DNA of 64,000 bases from Octopus vulgaris (taxonomy: Eukaryota): NCBI GenBank assembly GCA_951406725.2, contig OX597817.1:131874001-131938000 (forward strand), given 5' to 3'. The notes beneath the pieces were generated by a model, which was not told the origin of the DNA, searched no databases, and was given only the letters and a program-made list of their open reading frames with translations. Of this stretch, positions 57,728 to 64,000 are shown one piece after another; the stretch's first letter is position 1, and each line of letters begins with the position of its first letter. The position numbers and the translations under genes are program-made.

Positions 57728-58648
57728 GCCATCCCATAAATAATGCGCTTTTTGACACTTCTTTTATTTATCAAATTTAAGATAACAAAGTTCTCTTTTT
57801 AATCCCAAATCTACTCTCCTTCATTTTCCACAAAGCTCTTCTATCTATCTGGTTGACTTGCAGAGCACTCTTCCAAAATTCGCTTGTCCGTGCCGAAAAA
57901 TACTCCTCCAGTACTGTTCTACCCTCGTCTAAAGAATTCATATTCTTTTCGTCCAAATTATTTTGAAGACTGCGGAATAAATGATAATCAGATGGGGCAA
58001 TATCCGGCGAATTTGGTGGGGTGGCATCGTTCCTCATCCAAACTGTTCTAGCCTTTGGAATGTCTTCCTCGCTGTATGTGGCTGAGCATTATCCTGATGG
58101 AAGAACGCCTTTCGTCTTGAAACCGAGAGTCGTTTTCCTTCTAGCACTGATTTGAATAGCACGTTGAACGACCAAAGCCAAACTACTCTGCTAGTTCCTC
58201 AAAATTTACCATGGGGTTTTGTTCCACCAAGGTTTGCAAAATCGTCCTCGTCAAGCTCTATGGATCTTCCAGGACGAGGGTCGTTTACTAGACTGTAGTT
58301 TCTGGATCGGAATTTCTAGAACCACCGTTCACACAGGCTTATGCTTATTGTCCGACCCCATATGTTGCATTATTATTCCTCACATTTTCCATTGTGTTGT
58401 TGCCCCTTATTTAACTCATAAAGTAAAATATGCCGAATATGCTCCTTTGCCTTGCGGTGGATTATAGCTTTGAAAAAAATAACTGTTACAATCGAACTTT
58501 ACTCTTCAAAACTTGCACTAAGAATAAGGACAAGGTAAAATTACTACCTGCTTTTATAGCAGGTTGATGCAGGTAGTTTATCCCGTCCTTCACCAAATTT
58601 CAAATCATGCAATTGAAAAAACCGCAATATTTGATAACTTCCAGTAAT
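57724..58648 (-). mobile_element. Internally deleted mariner transposon
   Basis: VFFHQDNAQPHT and PPNSPDIAPSDYHLFRSLQNNL; left TIR ttgggccatcccataaataatgcg after TA, degenerate partner ccgcaatatttg near 58620. Confidence 0.88.
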
Positions 58649-58825
58649 ATCAATTCCAGTTGCGCCTTCAGTCCTTTGTTCATAATACAGGCATATTTAG
58701 CTAAAATCATCCCTGCCCAGTTTATATGTATAATTATCCAAATATATATATATGCACAACTGAGTGGACTAAGGAAAGAAAAATGCCTTCAACAGAGTTG
58801 CTAGGTGTTACACATATTACTATTT

Positions 58826-58965
58826 ATTAATAACAAGTTGATTAATTTGGTTTCGTTTCAAGCTTTGTAGACTCGTCAGACGGAAATACGCCTGACGAGT
58901 CTAGGTTTTTCTGACGAACCTACGAATCTTTAAGTTACACTTATCCAAATCAAACTCTTATTAGT
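58826..58965. mobile_element. Back-to-back inverted hammerhead motifs
   Basis: Perfect 12-bp IR tagactcgtcag (58868-79) / ctgacgagtcta (58892-903). Plus strand CTGACGA-GTC...GAC-GAAc; minus strand CTGACGA-GT...AC-GAAAC. Confidence 0.6.
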
Positions 58966-59334
58966 TAAAAAATGATATACATATGTGCGCATATGTACGC
59001 ATGTATTTATGTATGTATGCATGTATATATGAATGTAATATTTATGTATGTACACACCCTTTGTTTGAAAGTTTGAAACATGTTTTTATTTCTCCCTTTT
59101 CGTTTCATTGCAGATAATGGAGTCTTGTTCTCTACCGACACAGTAGTATACATATAATAAAGACTGTTTCCTCAAATAACTTCATCCCTGTTACAGTAAT
59201 GGGGGTCAACAATTCCATGTATATACTGACTATTTGCAAGTGGAGACGTCATTTTAATCCCAATCAAAGTCCATCTAGCTATTTCTATAACACATTGGCC
59301 TATATATTTGCTGCGTGAGAGAGTATATAGCACA

Positions 59335-59449
59335 ATGCGACGATCTTGGCGATGGACAGATACGAGTTGGTTACTTCTTTACGGAGAGTGGAATTTATTG
59401 CTGCTAACAATGTACAAAGGGGTCGTGATGTCTGCCGAAATTACTCTAG
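59335..59449 (+). CDS. Probable first coding exon of a secreted or membrane protein (MRRSWRWTDTSWLLLYGEWNLLLLTMYKGVVMSAEITL-G), exon 59114-59449
   Basis: Strong acceptor (ttctcccttttcgtttcattgcag, ends 59113), ATG in cacaATG context, 38 codons with hydrophobic stretches, consensus AG|gtaagt phase-1 donor at 59450. Confidence 0.55.
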
Positions 59450-59606
59450 GTAAGTCGTTCATTATTCATATTTATACGTCTATATAACTATATCACTATA
59501 TTTCGTCTATCAATCAACCAATCATTCATTCATTCAATCAGTCAGTCAACAATCAATCAATCAATCAGTCAATCAATCAATCAATCGCTCTGTCTATCTG
59601 TCTGTA

Positions 59607-59678
<72 letters not shown>

Positions 59679-60673
59679 GATCTGTCAGTCTGTCTAAATG
59701 TATGTGTGTGTTTATGTATGCATGTATCTATCTATATATCTGTCTGCCTTTCTGTCTGTCTGTCTGTATGTCAGTCTAGCTGTCTTTCTATTTATCTCTA
59801 TGTGTGTGTATGTGTGTGTACCTGCTTGTGAATGTATGTATGTATGTGTGTGTGTGTATGTATGTATCTGTCTGTCAACAAATCCATTCGCCTTTCTGTT
59901 TGTCTCTCTGTGTGTCTATCTGTCTATCTGTCTTTCTGGCTGTTTAGCTGCCTCTCTATTTATCTATATGTGTGCGTATGTGTGTGTACGTGCTTGTGTA
60001 TGTGTGCATGTTTGTGCATGTAGGTATGTATCTATCTAGTTACATATCTACCTGCTTTTCTATCTGCGTGTGTGTATATATGCACCTCTGTATACGCATA
60101 CAAATAGCGCTGTTCTCCTTTAAATATGTTGTATTAACTACATGTTGGAATTTGACCTTTTTCATTATTTCATTTGTAGAACTTCATGCATATTTTGAAA
60201 CAGCAACATTCCTAAAAGCCACTTCCCAGTTAATGTTATAGGACATTCGCAGCCTCTCCATCGGAATAAATTGATGCTGACAATGGCCATTTGCTAAGGC
60301 GCTTTCTTGTAGGTTACAGAATCTCACTAGAATACGGTTATAAGTATCATATGATTGTTCCGACAAACGTGCTTTGTAAAATGATTTAGGCTTCCACTCT
60401 GGAGAAAATCTTCAAAATATCCTATCTGAAATATGGCCATCATTTTTTGTGTATAAATTTTGATGCAATGTTTTGTGTGAAAGAATTCTAATCTGAGTAT
60501 ATTTAGATTCTCACCTTGTTGCAAACATTCCACGTTTCCTATTGAAAATGCAGCGCTTGATCAAAATAAGCAGGTACTTAGGATGCCAAGGGAAGTGTGC
60601 GGCACTATAGGAATGGTAAATGACTTAGGGTACAAAAGAAATCACTTAAAAATTTCTAAGCTGATACTAGAGA

Positions 60674-60908
60674 GTACAATTCTATATTTAAGAGATGAGG
60701 AATTATGTACATTATTTACATTTGACGGATATTTGTCCTCACCTTGTTTGTTGTTAACACAACGTTTCGGTTGATATACCTTCCAGCCTTCATCAGGTGT
60801 CTTGGGGAAGTTTTGAACCAAGGTTCTCTTTCCTAAGGTATTTTCGGTTATGGGCGCGGGCTACTAATCCCAAGGTTCTGAGTTCGATTCCAAGCAGTGA
60901 CCTGAATA

Positions 60909-60957
<49 letters not shown>

Positions 60958-61106
60958 CAACAACACCACCGAAAAATACCTTAGGAATGAGAACCCAGAT
61001 TCGAAATTTCTCCAAGACACCTGATGAAAGCTGGAGGGTATATCAGCCGAAACGTTGTGTTAACAAACAAGATGAGGACAAATATCCGTCAAATGTAAAT
61101 AATGTA
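60674..61106. mobile_element. Inverted hammerhead-bearing arms flanking a tRNA-like segment and (AAT)n
   Basis: Arms 60708-60848 and 60968-61106 are near reverse complements. Each has CTGATGA-a-RGCTG...CARCC-GAAACGTT; the spacer has gggCTACTAAtccc-aaggtt-ctgaGTTCGATTcc. Confidence 0.85.
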
Positions 61107-61946
61107 AATGATACTAGAAATATTTTCTCTTCTAAGTTCCAAATAATGACTTCGTCATCTACTGAAATTGAACTTATCTTTCATTGTTGTCAAAAACCGA
61201 TTGATACTTACCCTAGGGTTTAATTTCTCGACTGAACTCCAGCAGTTTCACCCGTATGTGTGCCATAAGATCAGTGCAGTTACACATGTAAAACAAGTTT
61301 CAGTCAGTCTGAACTCTATAAAATAACAGCAGAAGAGAATCCTGAGTGGGCATTTCCAGATGCAGGCATCGCCTTTCGTGTATTTTTAACATTAGTAGTC
61401 AACATTATCAAGTGAGCGTTCATTTTCTCAATATGAATTCCAGCATCATAACTATGCAACAAGGCTAGACACATTATTTCTGTTAAGTATAAAAGCAGAC
61501 GTGTTACGTAAGATTAATCCTGAAGAACTCCTCAAAGAATTCCCAATGAAGAAATGTAGGAGAAAGCCTTCCAAATATAAGTGGAAGTCTGCAAAAATAA
61601 ACATCATTTTCCGTCTTACTATTAGTGTTGCTTCGTTTTGGAAAAGAAAATTTAGTTTATGGTTTATTACCCTTTATATTTGAATGGCATATGTATGGGG
61701 GCAACCATTTTTTTTAAGTGCTTAGGGCCTCTATGGGTCTTAATCCGGCCCAGCGTAAATGCTATAAACCTGAAAATGTATTTAGTTCCTGATATAGTAT
61801 CCTTTTTTATCAATCAATATTTCATATACATTTTGTCCTGGACATTTCCAGCACATTTATATCGACTCACCATTTATTTTTCCACAACAGAGTATGTTTC
61901 TGTATTCCAAACATCACTGTACAACTATATTTCAATTTCATTAATG

Positions 61947-62038
<92 letters not shown>

Positions 62039-62845
62039 ACTACTAATCACGCGGTTTTTAATTTTCTGTCTCATTGGTTATTTTTAATTCTTATTTCATT
62101 AAAGTAATGTCTGGTTATCTTCACATCGTAGAAAATATTATCTCGCAATTGTTTTGTTTTTTTTAACACCATGCACTTTTTCTCTCAATGCTTTATTTTT
62201 ATATCTTCTGCATTTTTGTACCTCTGCTTTGTTTTCGTATCTCTTGCATAGTTATTTCTTGTTCCTGGATCTTCAAAGCTGTAATCTTCAAAGTAAGATG
62301 TTTTAAACATGTCAGTACTCTCCATCATGCTTTAGTGCCGTTGCATACAGTTAGATAAGATTTGGATAAGATCTTTGTGATGAATGGTAAGATGGTAAGA
62401 TTACCTATACCGATAATCTGTATTACACAATGCCAGAACTTCTGAATATCGATTTAGTAATTTCAGATTTCTGTCATTCAGTCGTACATTTTTATATCTC
62501 TGTGTAATAATGGCTGATATAAATGTTGGTCGTTTGGTGGGTTGATTTTTCCAGTTAGCGTTTACATTGTGTAAAGACAAAAGGTAAATAAGAGATAGAT
62601 AGATATGTAGATAGATACAGAGAAAGAGAGAGAGCGAGAGAGAAGTAACATGGGAGTTGCAGGCTGAGTGCACATGCGAGGCAAAGAGTAAAAGAGCTCT
62701 ACACACACACGGGGACAGGGAAAGAATAATAGAGTACTAGTAGTAGTTGTAGTCTCAGCAGCAGCAGCAATAATAGTAGTGGGGAGAATGAGGAGGAGAA
62801 GAATAGTATAAATGAGAGAGTTAAGGTAGGACTTATACAAATGAG

Positions 62846-63165
62846 TGAAGGCGCGTGACTCAGTGGTTATGGTAATCGACTCATTTCCATCAGGTTGCGA
62901 GTTCAAGTCACGGCGGCGCGTTGTGTTCTTGACCAAGACATCTTATTGTACCTTTCTTTAGTCCACTCGGCTGGCAAAAGTTAATAGTACTTGTATTTCA
63001 AAAGGTCGCCTTGTCACGTTCTGTGTCATGCTGAATCTCCCTCAGTACTACATTAAGGGTACATATATCTGTGGAGTGCTCAGCCACTTACTCGTTAATT
63101 TCACGAGCAGGCTGTTCCATTACCCGGATTAACTGGAAACCTCATCGTTGTAAAGACGAGAATGC
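62846..63165 (+). mobile_element. SINE family C, full length
   Basis: A box gtgactcagtgg, B box gagttcaagtc, CORE-like gtgttcttgaccaagaca, body shared with 20995-21216. Confidence 0.85.
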
Positions 63166-63295
63166 TAGTTATAAAAATGACAAATTTTCATATTTAATTT
63201 TTAAGGCAATAAAATTTTTCCGTTTAAAAATTAATATTTATTTCATTATTTTGTTCAATAATCAAGAAATTTCATAAAAGTTAAATAATAATTAA

Positions 63296-63456
63296 CAAGT
63301 AATGTTCGTAGACAGTTCAATATGGCGGCTCCGTTCGAGCGGAATTTACTGCAATTTTTTTAACCTCAAGAGGTTATGTCCTGTTGTGGTTAAAAAATCG
63401 CAGTAAACTCCGCTTGAACGGAACAGTGATGTTGAAGTGGCAACGAACATTACTTG
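63296..63456. repeat. ~160-bp palindromic hairpin (MITE-like)
   Basis: caagtaatgttcgt/acgaacattacttg termini; ccgttcgagcggaatttactgc/gcagtaaactccgcttgaacgg inner arms. Confidence 0.85.
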
Positions 63457-63604
63457 CTAGTGCAACTACTGAAATAATCACTGAGAGAGTTTTTTGAACT
63501 GGCTTTTTAGCTTAAATTATAACTATTTTATGTGTACCATGTTTCCCGATCTTACCCATAGTGGCAAAACTATACTTACTATATTTACCCGTTATATTAT
63601 TCTT

Positions 63605-63815
63605 GAGGTGGCTACCTTGTAAAATTGTTATCACACTGGACGAAATGTTTAGTGGCATTTCCTCAAATTCCACCGAAGTCAACTTTCCATTTTGTCATTT
63701 ATGTGTTCGATAAAATAAGTACCAGTTGAACACTGGGATTGATGTAACCAACTGGTTCCCACTCCACCCCACTCCGCCCCCGAAATTGCTGGCCTTGAGC
63801 CAAAAATCGAAACCA
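63605..63815 (+). mobile_element. SINE family A, degenerate
   Basis: caaattccaccgaagtcaactttcc...cgataaaataagtaccagttgaacactggg. Confidence 0.65.
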
Positions 63816-63825
63816 GCAATATTAT

Positions 63826-63992
63826 AGGAGTGGCTGTGTTGTAAGAAGCTTGCTTCTCAACCACATGGTACGGGGTTCAGTCGCACTGCGTGGCACTTCG
63901 GGCAAGCGTCTTCTATTTCTTCGGGCCGACTAAAGCCTTGTGAGTGTATTTGGTAGACGGAAACTGAAAGAAGCCCGTCGTATATATATATA
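63826..63992 (+). mobile_element. SINE family B head
   Basis: ggagtggctgtgttgtaagaagcttgcttctcaaccacatgg...ggtagacggaaactgaaagaagcccgtcg followed by (TA)n. Confidence 0.85.
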
Positions 63993-64000
63993 TAAAGTAT

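Noticed and set aside
60184-60533. Two minus-strand ORFs in unique sequence
   Set aside because: Short, no recognisable motif or splice context.
60850-60903. Functional tRNA gene
   Set aside because: Only anticodon- and T-arm-like parts are present; no acceptor stem or D arm. The other tRNA-like stretches are SINE heads.

Overview
AT-rich, microsatellite-saturated eukaryotic genomic DNA. The SINE/LINE repertoire and (TA)/(CA)/(ATAC)/(AAT) density are what I recall from octopus (coleoid cephalopod) genomes; this assignment is an inference. Almost all listed ORFs are microsatellite translation artefacts. Supportable content: two decayed mariner transposons; at least 8 fragments of R4/Dong-type RLE non-LTR retrotransposons, mostly abutting (AAT)n on their sense strand; a ~555-bp non-coding element found four times next to (AAT)n; three tRNA-derived SINE families, one forming concatemers and one carrying an internal microsatellite; RT remnants; a degenerate 5S copy; and one likely host first coding exon (59114-59449, signal-peptide-like, phase-1 donor). 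The most striking unexplained signal is about a dozen minimal type I hammerhead-ribozyme motifs (CUGANGA/CCGANGA...GAAAC) of Penelope-like (PLE) type. Many lie in short inverted-repeat insertions beside (TA)n tracts, and one is fused behind a tRNA-like head (60.7-61.1 kb), which suggests a PLE-mobilised, ribozyme-bearing SINE. Boundaries of degenerate elements were read by eye and are approximate.
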